Origin: Tubiluchus corallicola
Lineage: Eukaryota; Animalia; Priapulida
Length of the DNA stretch: 64,000 bases
Direction of reading: 5' to 3'
Assembly (NCBI GenBank): GCA_030141605.1
Contig: JAQGDQ010000466.1
Coordinates: forward strand, 1-64,000
Numbering within the stretch: position 1 is the first letter of the stretch; the number at the start of each line of letters is the position of its first letter. Position numbers and translations under genes: made by a program. Shown one piece after another: positions 12,406 to 23,794 of the stretch. The notes below the pieces were generated by a model. The model ran no database searches and had not been told where the DNA came from. It saw only the letters and a list, made by a program, of their open reading frames with translations.

Positions 12406-15400
12406 GTAATATACTCACTCTCAAGTTAACATACATACTCACTCTAGTGTTGTTTTACAATACTCTTATAATGTTTAAGCATAATTATAAACATAAATGT
12501 TATGCATATTTTTTTAATCTCGTTTGGTGCAAAAACACTGGTGCCTTAAACAAACTGTGAAAGTCATGTATGAAGTTGTCGTTAAACACTTTGCAGAAAA
12601 CGAATGAACACTATATTACATATCTGCACAAAAACTGAAACACGTTTATTATACTAAATACACAGTAAAATACACAAGTAAAATGAAGATCACGACTGCT
12701 GCACTGAGAGAGTGACAGAGAGACAGTGTGTAGCACGACTGCACTGCACTGATCACTAAGATTTAGACAGTGGCTAGAAGTGAAATCCAGCCAGTATATA
12801 TAGGTAGAGAACTATGCAAAAACTTGGCTTCACATATCCCATTACAGTAAAAATAGGGGAGATCCAGTGAGTATGCATATTCACTGGACCGAGCAATTTT
12901 ACTAAGGGTGAGTTTAACTAGTAAAATGTTAAAGTGACTAATCAATAGATGGCAGCACCTAAAATATACAGTTACAACTTTCACACAAACATCACATTTG
13001 TATGTTTCTGGAAGACGATAACACATTCAGAAACCGTTTATCAAGGATACCTCAAAAACACCCAAAAACTTACTAGCAAAGCCCCGCAAAACTTTTTGCG
13101 GTATCTATCTATTTCTATTTTTTGAATGTGTCTATTTCAAAGAATAATTGCATCATCATCATTTTCCTCATCACTCATTTTCAATTTCAACTAGGATGAT
13201 GGTGAACAACATATAGGAACAAGACTTGCTTAATCGACCGACTTAATCGCATAATCATTAACGTTGAAAACAAAAACTCTTAGTCTATTAGGGTGCAACG
13301 CCAGCGTAATTTTCCCAACGTAAACTGCTATTTTCAAAACTGTTCGTTAAGATAGAGAAAAAAAAACGAACAGACAACACAAACTCTTAATACTGATTTA
13401 ATACCGAACTAATCAAAGATTTCAAAAACTGATAAAAAAGCTCATATAACAAATATATTCACTAACCTTGTGAAGTAATTACATTGATTAATTCTTAAAA
13501 GAATTGAAAATTGAAGTAAAATTACAGATGTTCCCAATTAAGGTAACTAAAATGTCAATACTATACACGTACAGTTTGGCCTGTCAAGCTTTTAGGCTCA
13601 AACTGTATGCATCAAAATTATTCTGTAATGTCATTTGCACATGTATATGCTGCATAAGAATCTTTTTTGTAATTTCTGGATAATATTGCTTTTATATATA
13701 TATATATTTACTTCGGCGGAACATTATCTGTATTTTTATTATAACTGTAAGATGCAGTGTGGAAATAAATAAACTTTAAAAAATTAACTTAAAAAACAAA
13801 CTTATATACAACTTTGCTTTGATATTATCATTTTTTTTGTATTCTCGCACTTTAAATTTTATCAATGCACAAATAATTCTTACAAATCCAGTCTATTTGG
13901 TACTCGCTCTACTCTTAAAGATCTGCGAAGTTTCGTTCACAAACGATGAGGCCTTTTTGCCAGGAGATGTGGTGATGCCACAATAGGAATAATTCCAGTC
14001 ATTGAATCAATAATAGTCATTGAATGCAGCAGTTCGTGCATTATTTTTCATTTCAGTAGTCTAACATTGTCTACTAAATTTTTTGCTTACTTGAATACCA
14101 AAATAAAAGTCTAATCCAGCAGTTTGAGGAAGGGGTTGAAGCCTTGCAGACCAGGAACTTGGGCCTATGCAGAGGTATTTTAGATATTGTGGTTTATCTG
14201 AAGTTTGTTCTGCATTTTGCACACTAGCAGCCGATAATAATTATGTACATCCATTTTGAAGTCAGACATTACTGAGGAATATGTGTAAAGCAAACAGTTT
14301 ATAAGAATTTCTATTTAGAACTAACTGTTGCATGGGACATATTTTGTTTGGAGCCACAAATGAGCTGCTGTGTTTAGGTTATGACAAGGTATCTTTTATA
14401 AGAATTAATTAATCAGGTTATAGATGTTTTGATAAGCAATTGTTTAAGCCGTTAGCGTTAATATTGTTTAATTCATATGTTAGTTTCGGTTTACAAACAT
14501 TTTAAGTGCATGTTTAATCTATCATTTCTGACTTAATTATTTGCGCGCTATGCAGCAAGTAATCGTAGGCATTATGCAGGATAACGCCTGTTTTACCAAT
14601 TCATTTGGAAGAATTAGATTTATACGATAAACTAATAAAATTTAATCATGGTCCATTCAGTGCGCTTTTATTACTTGCTTTGTGCTAGCTTGTAAAACAC
14701 AAGCGGCGGCACGTACCTAATATTAATAGGTGCTGCTTCAAAAAATTTCAGCTATTGTTTTAATACTGTGTAAAACGAACCAAATATATATTATTTTAAT
14801 GTTATAATTTACAATTGTAATTTAAATAAACAAACATACGAAATTTCATACACAAACTTGATAAAATCTTAAACAAAAAACATTTTTTGCTCACTAATAG
14901 CTTAAATTGTCGCAATTCAAGCTTGATCCACTCACGGTACTACAAACAACGAACTATGTGAGCGACAGCACTGCCAAACATTACGTTGCTGGAGTGCACT
15001 ATGCTGGTTCCGTAGAGGTATAAAGAAGTAACTAAAGAAAAGGTATAATTTTAAATATCGATAATAACGTGTGAAAATAATGCAGTTCCACAATACCTAT
15101 ACATGAGCCCCCACTGGAACTCAGTTCAACTTTAAGCCATACTACCATGGAAGGGCACCCATCGGAAAAAGAGTCGTATGTCTTGCTGAAATGCAATACA
15201 GCTTATAATAAAACTGCTTTTACTGTTTAGACAAAATTACGTGTTGCTTCACTTTGGAAGATCACGAGATCTGATTTACTCTAATGACTTGGTAGGTGCA
15301 GCTTGTAAGGCTTCTCACACATTCGTTAGGACTGTATTACTTAGCAACAGAAAGATGGGTTGTACAAATGGAATCTGAATTCAATTTTCTGCACTTTTCT

Positions 15401-16317
15401 ACCCTTTTTTATTTTTTATTTTTAGTACGTGTTTTTGAAAAGCTAGATAGTATTTGGAGAGATGTTTAACTTTCTTCTAGGTTGTCATTCTTCTAAGCCG
15501 CACTTGGTGGGGTGTGAGCATTGAGGAGATCCGCCAAATTGGCAAGACTAGCTGTGTTGTTAAGAGTGCACCACTTTTCTTAGTTTTTCCTTTTTCTATC
15601 ACCACAATTATTTATTCTGTGCATACTTGAATAGACATTAGTTCTTTGGCAAGGAATGGGTTAATTTTTAGCACACTATAAGAGAGTAAATTTGCAATAA
15701 AAATTTTCCATAATGTTGCTTACCAGATCTAAATTGCATCAATTTTCCTTAAAGTGTCAAAATCCGGAATAATGGTATGACATTATTTCTCGAATATTCT
15801 CAAATCAAGTAATGTGCCTTCCTCAACAAGCCTTGTGTGATCTCTTTCTCTTATAACTGTAGAGGCCTATTCCTGACCGACAGCGTGACTAACATGACTA
15901 TAAGAGAGACATTCATCTCCGTCTTTCATGTTTTGTCATTTCTCGGTTTCATTTTCCGCAACTGTCATGCTCAAAAATGACTGATGCTGTCTAGCAGGAC
16001 TTTTTGGCAGTAAGTGCCTGGTTATACTTGGGCTGATTTCCATGGAGTTTAATGTGAATATTTTAATTCTTGTATCCACTTGCTTTGGACACAACGGTAG
16101 CCCTAGTCAGCCTTGTGTCAGCCAAACGAAAATTTCTGATTCATTCAATTAGAACACTAAAATGGACTCTGAACTATCTGTTCTGTTTTGTTATTTAAAT
16201 TAATGAAGAAAAATAATCTTCTTATACAGTTCTTGACCACGCGTATTAAGATAAAATTCATCAATAATAAAATAATGTATTAGATTGCCTAATTTGTCTT
16301 ACCTAAATTTCTTTTAG

Positions 16318-16444
16318 AAAAATTGTGAAAAATGCCACTTGATTCCTTATGAGAACCTGTGGATGATTGGTGGTACGGAAGAAGACCTTACAGAATTCTA
16401 TATAACAAAGTGGATTCCACCCTACTGGGAGCCAGTCTACATAG
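16318..16444 (+). CDS. B4GAT1: B4GAT1-like gene, coding exon 2 (not in the ORF track)
   Basis: Acceptor TTTCTTTTAG, then KNCEKCHLIPYENLW...WIPPYWEPVYI(G), donor G|GTACTG; supplies the CxxCH and WEPxY motifs of GT49 enzymes in the correct phase. Confidence 0.88.
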
Positions 16445-18953
16445 GTACTGAAATTCAGAATCGTATATATTTAGTACAGTTATAGCACCTGAATCGCATA
16501 AAGATTTAATACCATGGGTCCAGTGGCGTCGTGCAATAGTAGGGGCTCGCCCCCCCCCAATTTTTTAGAAAATGTCAAAAATTTGAAGGGTGTCAGCGGC
16601 TCGTAATGAGACCAAAAAGATGTAAAATTGAGATAAAATGGGAATTCGTTTGAATTTCTTCAAATAGATGGCGTTGACGCAAATTTCACGCACGCGCCGT
16701 AGTTTCGCGACACCGCCACGTTTGAAATGCGTTTGCGACAAATTATTTAAATTTTCTGTGAAACTTTTGCCATTCTTTCGAGAGAGAAACATGAGAACTC
16801 GACGGCAAACGGTAAGCAAATTTATTTCCGACTTTTTGACACACAATAGCGGGCCACCGCTCCATAAATGCGAACAGTATGAGCGTTTCGGTACAGTAGC
16901 CCAATAATATTTTTTATCATTAAAGTTTGTCGCCGAGTTAAATTATTCTGACTGTTAATACGTGCCTGACCAGATGGTTTACCTGAAAGGCAGGATGTAG
17001 TTAAGAACGCTTCCGCGAGAAGACCATGCAAAATCGAAAAATTCCGGCACAAGGTTAGGTAAACCGATTCAGACCAAAGTTCGGGTATGAGGTCCACTAG
17101 TCACTAGTATTCACTATGTGAATCCGCTTGGCTCAACTCCTCATAGTAGCAGAGGTACGGCATAGGCCGATTTTCATGAAAAAATGCCTATTTTTCGCTA
17201 TTTTTTACTCATATTTGAAGAATTAGCCATGCAGCAACCACTGAGTTTTAATAGTTCTGATTCTGCACAGAACCCCCCTCTTTCGGCTCTACTGGAGGTC
17301 TTTAAGTTCGCATTATGCACAAGATGCAAATACTCAGTCATTTCAAAGTCTTATATCTCACCCACTGCGGGGGCGGGGACAAAAATATCGATATGTATGT
17401 GAATAGAGCATCCCATCTCACTATGCTGCAGTGACAATTTCGATGGAGCGAATTTCCACCAGAGCAGTATTGTAAATGACCCCTGAAAGAGGCATAAATC
17501 AGGGTGAAAATATAGGTAACAACGTTCATCAGAAAGCTTCGTGTAGGTAAACATGAGTTGTCAAAATACTTCAAAACATCACAAATATTCATCTTTGGCA
17601 ACTAGGGGCCTGTCCAGCAAATTGGCTAAACTACTGACAGGATTGGACTCCAGCATTCAAGATGGCGGCCACTGCTGAACTAAAATGTTCGTTTTCTGGG
17701 CTGTTTACCAGCGTTAAATGCGGCATTGTGACTAGTTATCCGCACGAAATGAGTATTGTGAATCTATTAACCTGTACTAAAGACACTAGACCACATTTAG
17801 AGCGCTTCCATCTTCAAACAAATGAAATATCTACGGAATGGAAATTGCTTCTTGCAAGGACTGGAAAATGTTTTATGTACTGTTTATTTTCTATGCTTTG
17901 TAGATGTTATGTACAGGTTATTACCTCGTTATTATTCATTGTCTTACATAGGCGTACAAACCAGGACACAAAGAAAATTGCCCTAAATCTGAGCGAATGC
18001 CCAAAAAATATGGGACAAACTTCCCCACAAAATATCATTTGTCCGGTGTTTTTTGACTGTAAAACATCGAAAATTTTTGTGCCATTGGCGCAATCATTCA
18101 ATCGCACTATTATCAATTTTTTGTCAGAAGTATCGATTTTATGCCACAAATAAATTTTGGGCGAAGAAAAATTTTCTGAGCTAACTATCACCGCCATCCC
18201 CCTAGAAGCGGCCCATACGCTTATATTGTCTCATGTTTAGACAGTAAGATTTTCGCTTTATCACTTTCCCCATGATATATTTGTCTATATTTCTGTATCT
18301 ATCTTCTAGTGCTAATCTACCTGCATCGATAATTCTTTCTCTATTATTTAGATATTATGGTATTGATTACCTGTACTACTCTTCAGTGATAGGATTATGC
18401 TGCTACAATAGGAACAGTATTTTGGACTTAGAGAAATTAATTCTGACTGAGTTTTGTAGTTTTTCATTTTTGTACTGATATTCATAATCTTTTATGTATA
18501 GCCATGAAGCTTATTCATATAAAAAGTATAAAAAATTAATGGATTTCTATTTTATATGTGTATACCGAATGTGGTCAGATTTTTTCGCTAGCAATGACTC
18601 TCAATCTTAACAATTGATACTTCTTTTATAATAGAGGGCTTATTGTTTATTCTTTCCTGGTATTCATTAGCGATTCAGTGTGTAGACAATGCCCTGAATC
18701 AGAGTCAGTCGGACTCGGTACTAGGGTCATGCATGATGTCCTGTCCTGAAATCCATCAGAAGAGACAATTATTTATATTTGTAGTCATATGAAAATTCCG
18801 ACCTAACTAAACCAATTTAAGATGAAATTCGCAAATTTCTAGCAATTTCCATGGCAAAGGAATCTACTGCTACTAGGAAATTAGAGCACTAGTCACAGAA
18901 AATGCAGGTTAAACGTGGCTAAATGTCTACTGTCATATATGACCTGAGCCAAG

Positions 18954-19347
18954 TGTTAAGGCCAGGGTGAACCTGACTTAATAAATTTTAATTTTGTAGC
19001 AAAGGTGGCTCCATCTAGTTAGAAAAAGTGTGGGCACTGACCTAGTTATGTTTGTCATTATGCTGTTCGGTTGAATTAGTGAACATGTCTTGTACAAGCT
19101 AGTGAAATTTTTCATTTAGATGTATGCCGCAACGATGTAAGTTTACTTCTATTAATTTTTATTTTTATTTTGATTTATTCATTGATTCATTATTCATTAA
19201 CAATCTAACTAAATTAGCCAATGTTAGTCACCTTTACCTTTCTATTTTTTGTTTTGAAATTTTGCAGAAATAAAGATCAGTGGTTTACATGAAACTCACC
19301 TGAGACTTTTGAAGATTTGTTATAAATTCCTCTCAGAGACACTAACA
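18954..19347 (+). repeat. 5' LTR (394 bp)
   Basis: TGTTAAG...ACTAACA; matches 26626-27019 with one C/T mismatch seen (GAAACTCACC vs GAAATTCACC). Confidence 0.97.
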
Positions 19348-20065
19348 TTTATTTATCGGCAAAATATCTACATGAGAAGTGTGCTATGAATGCAATAAAA
19401 CTATTTCGCCAAGCTGGGACACGGGCCGCCATTGCGAGGCTTCAAGGTCGCACGTACACTCACCTGGTTTACCTTGCTGCAAGTTGGAATTATTGATCGC
19501 CGCCTAGAGAAGCCAACGCGGGGTCAACTAGAGAACTTCCTATCTTCCACCTTGCTGCTAAAGTTAACTACTGGACAGGCAAGAACTAAAATAATTATGA
19601 ACTGAGTTAGATATTTCCCACTAAATATTAAAGTGAGAAATTAGTGAATGAACTCTGTGGTGAAAGCTGGGAAAACGATTTCAAACACTTGTTCAAATGT
19701 TTACCTCACAGTTTATGGCCTATAATGTTATTGAATGCTTGCTCTTACGCCTATTATAGCTAGTTTTGTATTGATCAGCTGTTTTAATGTTGTTGTCCGC
19801 TTTAGTTATTCTGCAGTACGTGGCCCAGATAAAATTTCTCCTATCCATGTTAAACGTGTGAAAATACCGTTATACAGCAACAGATATACCGAAAAATAGG
19901 TTGACAACTACAGTTACTAAATTGCACTTTCGTATAGGAGTTACAATATTTACTGGTGCACAATTACAGTTTGTAATTTTGAGTGTTGTACTTAATTTAT
20001 GATAATACTTCTCTTATTGATTTGCCAATAATTTTGCCAAATTATAGCAAATTAACAGGTACAAC

Positions 20066-20389
20066 ATGGATGATCTGGAAAAGAAAACTGTAAAAGAATT
20101 AAGAGAAATTCTCAAAGAAAAGGGGTTGTCCACGGCAGGCCTAAAAGAGCAGCTCATCTCACGCCTTAGAAATGCACTGGCCCAAGGAGAAAGTGACAGT
20201 GAGCAGGCAGCTTCTAGCCTTAAAAGTGCACGTAATGCTCAGAGTGTCAAGACAGTTGCTCATTCAGCTGCTTCATCTGCGTCAGTGCGGCGGGCAGCTG
20301 CCGAAGCCAAAAAAGCATCCCTCCTGATACAAAGGCAAGCTTTGGTTGATCAAGCAAAGCTTGAAGAAGAGGAACTTAAGCTTGAATAA
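20066..20389 (+). CDS. Gag N-terminal segment: SAP domain plus Ala/Ser linker and start of a coiled coil; ends at an in-frame TAA directly before the next ATG
   Basis: LEKKTVKELREILKEKGLSTAGLKEQLISRL matches the SAP consensus; same reading frame as the ORF at 20390. Confidence 0.85.
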   Translation: MDDLEKKTVKELREILKEKGLSTAGLKEQLISRLRNALAQGESDSEQAASSLKSARNAQSVKTVAHSAASSASVRRAAAEAKKASLLIQRQALVDQAKLEEEELKLE

Positions 20390-23300
20390 ATGAAGAAAAA
20401 TCTTGATTTAGAGAGGAAGCGGCTTGAGATTGACAGAAAGGTCCAAGAAGCAGAGGCACATGCTGCAATCTATGCTCAATTTGAGGAAGCACGCTCCAAG
20501 CGCAGCGACACCTTTGGTAAGGAAAAGGTCACTGACTGGGTAAATCGCGTTAAAGGCAAAGATAACGCAATATTGGATCAAGTATATGTAACTCTAGCTA
20601 CTAATGACACATATGCTAAGAGCGCTTTGGTATTAGCACAAACTCTTAAGGATAGTGGTACACGACGTAGTTTAGTCATTATGGTCACACAGAAGGGTGT
20701 ATCACCTGCTTTAGTTACTTTACTTCAGGATGTTTTTGACGAAGTTGAGGAAATTGAAGAATGGCGGAGTGGTGACAATGACGCAGTCCTCCTCCAGCAG
20801 CACCCAGAATTAGAGGTTACATATTCGAAACTCTACTGCTGGTCTCTAACACGTTATAATAAAGGAGTGTTTATGGAATCTGATACTATTGTGTTACAAA
20901 ATATTGATGAACTTTTCCAAAATGAAGAGTTTGCAGCAGCTCCAGATGTGGGATGGCCAGATCTCTTTAATAGTGGAGTATTTGTCTTTAAACCTAGTAT
21001 GGGTACATACAGACAATTGATATCCTTCGCTGCTTCACACTCCAGCTTTGATGGAGGTGATCAAGGCTTGCTCAATAAATTCTTTTCTTCCTGGACACGC
21101 CTTTCATTCGTTTATAACGTGACAACCGCCAGTACATACGGTTACTTTTTAACCCTGTCTGAGTTCAGGGACCGCTTGAAAGTTATTCACTTTATAGGTG
21201 ACATAAAGCCATGGCATTACAGCTATGACGAAAGAACTGGAGCTATTGTCTATTCATATGGGCAGGGATATGCGCATAAAGAAGAGTACGTAAGAAGATG
21301 GTGGAAAATCTTTTCCGTAAAAGTCAAACCTTTTCTTTCTAGTTATGCTCATGAAGAGGTCCTGCTATCCATGAACCCGCATGCAACTGAATATAAGCCA
21401 GAACCAAAAGCTGAATTTGATTCAGTTGAAAGGGCTTCAGCTCCTAGATGTTATAGATGCTGTGACCCTCAGATGCATGCATACCCTGAAACAACACCAA
21501 GGTTTGATGTAAGACCACATCAAACATATAATGTAAGCAGTCCACAGATGGAAAGAACTCCGCTGATGATAAGGCAGCCTCATACCGGCACAGCGTCTCC
21601 ATTAGCTTACAATTTTCCATTACCAAGCATAGAATTACCAGTGTTTGATGGAAATGAATTGGATTACACCCGCTTTATAAGAAGATTTGAAACGACAGTG
21701 GAGAACTACACTACTGACAGTGTTGCACGATTGGCACTATTGGTACAGTTCTGTAGTGAAAAAGTAAGAAAGTACATTGATTGTTGCCTTAACATGGAGC
21801 CAAACATTGGATATGAACGAGCCAAACAAATGTTAAAAGAAAGATACGGTGATGAGTTTATTATAACGCAAGCTTGGATAAGGAAAATCACAGAGTTCAA
21901 GATCATTAAGGCATCGGAACCAGAAGTGCTCAGGGATTATGCAGACACTCTAAGATGTTGTTTTAAATCTCTTGCTGCTATGGGTCACCTGGCTGAAATC
22001 AACACTCAGGGAAATTTGGCAAAAATTATTGACAAGCTCCCAGTGCACCAACATGCTACCTGGAGGAAAGAGGTGTATAAAATTCGTGCATCAGGCAAAG
22101 AACCACGTATCACAGACGTTGTCAAATTTGTTGAGATGATAGCCAAAGTGGAGAATGACCATATATATCGAAGGAAGTCACAGGAGATACCAGAGCGTTC
22201 CAAAACAAAACTAAGGTATAATCCTGTGAGAAATTTTGCAAGTTCTAGCAGTCTTCCACAACGTGAAGATGTTGATCAAAGTCAACAGAAGCAATTTCCT
22301 TGCAAGTTGTGTGAACGGTTCCATTCACTTCAGGCATGTCCCAAGTTTAAGCACTTGTCAATAAGTGAACGACAGGAGATTGTAAAACAACACAGCTTGT
22401 GCTTTAATTGTCTTAAACCAAACCACACAAGCCGTGCTTGCAGATCAACAAGACGGTGTGATGTTTGTAAACGAAAACACTCCGTTTTCCTGCACCTTAG
22501 GTCAGAAGAGCAGTGTAAGAAGTTGCAGGGTGGTCAAAAGACTGAAGTGCCAAAGGCTCCCGTTCCAGTACCTTCTGTAAAAGAAGAAAGCACAACTCCA
22601 CATCAGCGCTTTGAAAAGCCAGGCTCAAATGCTCAAAGTGGATACATCGACATTGATGCTAATCCAGGAAAGGGTACAGCTTTGCCCATATTGCCAGTGT
22701 TGGTGAATATTCCCGGAAAGCAACCAATTAAGACATTAGCACTTTTAGATAACGGCTCTACCAACACATTTTGTTCTGAGAAACTGTACCAAGAGCTTGG
22801 CATTAAAGGAAGAAATGATTTCCTGTCTTTGACAACACTTCAGGGAAAAGAATCTAAGACCCCTACCAAGATCGTTAGATTACAGGTCATGCCATGCGAT
22901 GGATCAAACTGCATCAATTTGCCAATTGTTTTTACTAGACCCTCATTAATGATGGATGCTGAATCTCTGCCAGATGTCAAACACATTGAAAGATGGCCTC
23001 ACTTGCAAGATATTGACCTGCCATGTAAGGATAATCTTCACCTAGACTTAGGTCTACTAATTGGACAAGATAACCCCGATGCATTAGCTCCTATTGAGTT
23101 CAGACGTGGACCTCTGAGTGCACCTTGGGCTACCAAAACGAGATTAGGTTGGACTTTGGATGGACCAGTTGGTTCTAATAAACAGAAAACCATCTGGTGT
23201 AACTCTATTCAGACTGGTAGCGATGACCTGGAAGAACTAGTGGAGAGGTTTTGGAAGCTAGAATCTTATACAGATGAGACTAAATTTTCGATTGAAGATA

Positions 23301-23794
23301 AAAGGGCCTTAAAGATTTGGGAGGACTCTGCTGTTCTGATGCCAGATGGTCATTATCAAATGAATATCCCATTTAGGTCAGAGAACCCTCAACTGCCAGA
23401 TAATTTAGTCATGGCTGAAACACGTCTTGAGAATTTGCGCAAAAGGCTTCAACGAGACAAAGTTCTTCGTGAAAAGTATACACAAGAAATTACCACGCTG
23501 TTGGACAGTGGGCATGCTGAACCAGTCGAAAATAACGACATTGGAATACCCGGAAAGGTGTGGTATCTACCCCACTTTGCAGTTCACCAAGAATCTCGTC
23601 CAGAAAAAACCAGAGTTGTGTTTGATTGTCGAGCCAGTTTTGCAGGAACTACATTGAACAAGGTTGTTCTACAAGGACCTGACTTTACAAATAAGCTGCT
23701 GGGTGTATTGTTAAGATTCAGAGAAAATCCAATAGCAGTCACAGCAGATATACAGAAGATGTTTTATCAGGTGAGGATTCCTATGGTGGCCTGA
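20390..23794 (+). CDS. BEL/Pao Gag-glycogenin-protease-(start of RT) polyprotein, 1134 aa open frame
   Basis: Coiled coil, glycogenin domain, capsid-like LPSIELPVFDG...F..RF (DUF1759-like), CKLC..H..C / CFNCL..H..C / CDVC..H..H knuckles, protease ALLDNGSTNTF and LLIGQD, RT start WYLPHFAV..KTRVVFD..LNKVVLQGPD..ADIQKMFYQV. Confidence 0.95.
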   Translation: MKKNLDLERKRLEIDRKVQEAEAHAAIYAQFEEARSKRSDTFGKEKVTDWVNRVKGKDNAILDQVYVTLATNDTYAKSALVLAQTLKDSGTRRSLVIMVTQKGVSPALVTLLQDVFDEVEEIEEWRSGDNDAVLLQQHPELEVTYSKLYCWSLTRYNKGVFMESDTIVLQNIDELFQNEEFAAAPDVGWPDLFNSGVFVFKPSMGTYRQLISFAASHSSFDGGDQGLLNKFFSSWTRLSFVYNVTTASTYGYFLTLSEFRDRLKVIHFIGDIKPWHYSYDERTGAIVYSYGQGYAHKEEYVRRWWKIFSVKVKPFLSSYAHEEVLLSMNPHATEYKPEPKAEFDSVERASAPRCYRCCDPQMHAYPETTPRFDVRPHQTYNVSSPQMERTPLMIRQPHTGTASPLAYNFPLPSIELPVFDGNELDYTRFIRRFETTVENYTTDSVARLALLVQFCSEKVRKYIDCCLNMEPNIGYERAKQMLKERYGDEFIITQAWIRKITEFKIIKASEPEVLRDYADTLRCCFKSLAAMGHLAEINTQGNLAKIIDKLPVHQHATWRKEVYKIRASGKEPRITDVVKFVEMIAKVENDHIYRRKSQEIPERSKTKLRYNPVRNFASSSSLPQREDVDQSQQKQFPCKLCERFHSLQACPKFKHLSISERQEIVKQHSLCFNCLKPNHTSRACRSTRRCDVCKRKHSVFLHLRSEEQCKKLQGGQKTEVPKAPVPVPSVKEESTTPHQRFEKPGSNAQSGYIDIDANPGKGTALPILPVLVNIPGKQPIKTLALLDNGSTNTFCSEKLYQELGIKGRNDFLSLTTLQGKESKTPTKIVRLQVMPCDGSNCINLPIVFTRPSLMMDAESLPDVKHIERWPHLQDIDLPCKDNLHLDLGLLIGQDNPDALAPIEFRRGPLSAPWATKTRLGWTLDGPVGSNKQKTIWCNSIQTGSDDLEELVERFWKLESYTDETKFSIEDKRALKIWEDSAVLMPDGHYQMNIPFRSENPQLPDNLVMAETRLENLRKRLQRDKVLREKYTQEITTLLDSGHAEPVENNDIGIPGKVWYLPHFAVHQESRPEKTRVVFDCRASFAGTTLNKVVLQGPDFTNKLLGVLLRFRENPIAVTADIQKMFYQVRIPMVA
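20576..21337 (+). other. Glycogenin (GT8) catalytic domain embedded in frame in Gag
   Basis: VTLATNDTYAKSALVL, KLYCWSLTRYNKGVFMESD, AAPDVGWPDLFNSGVFV, SFDGGDQGLLN, YN...Y.Y, VIHFIGDIKPW and WW.IF, all collinear with animal glycogenin as recalled from the family. Confidence 0.96.

Noticed and set aside
20576-21337. Glycogenin as an ordinary host gene merely adjacent to a transposon
   Set aside because: It has no start, stop or introns of its own, is in frame with Gag on both sides and lies between two matched LTRs with a TSD.
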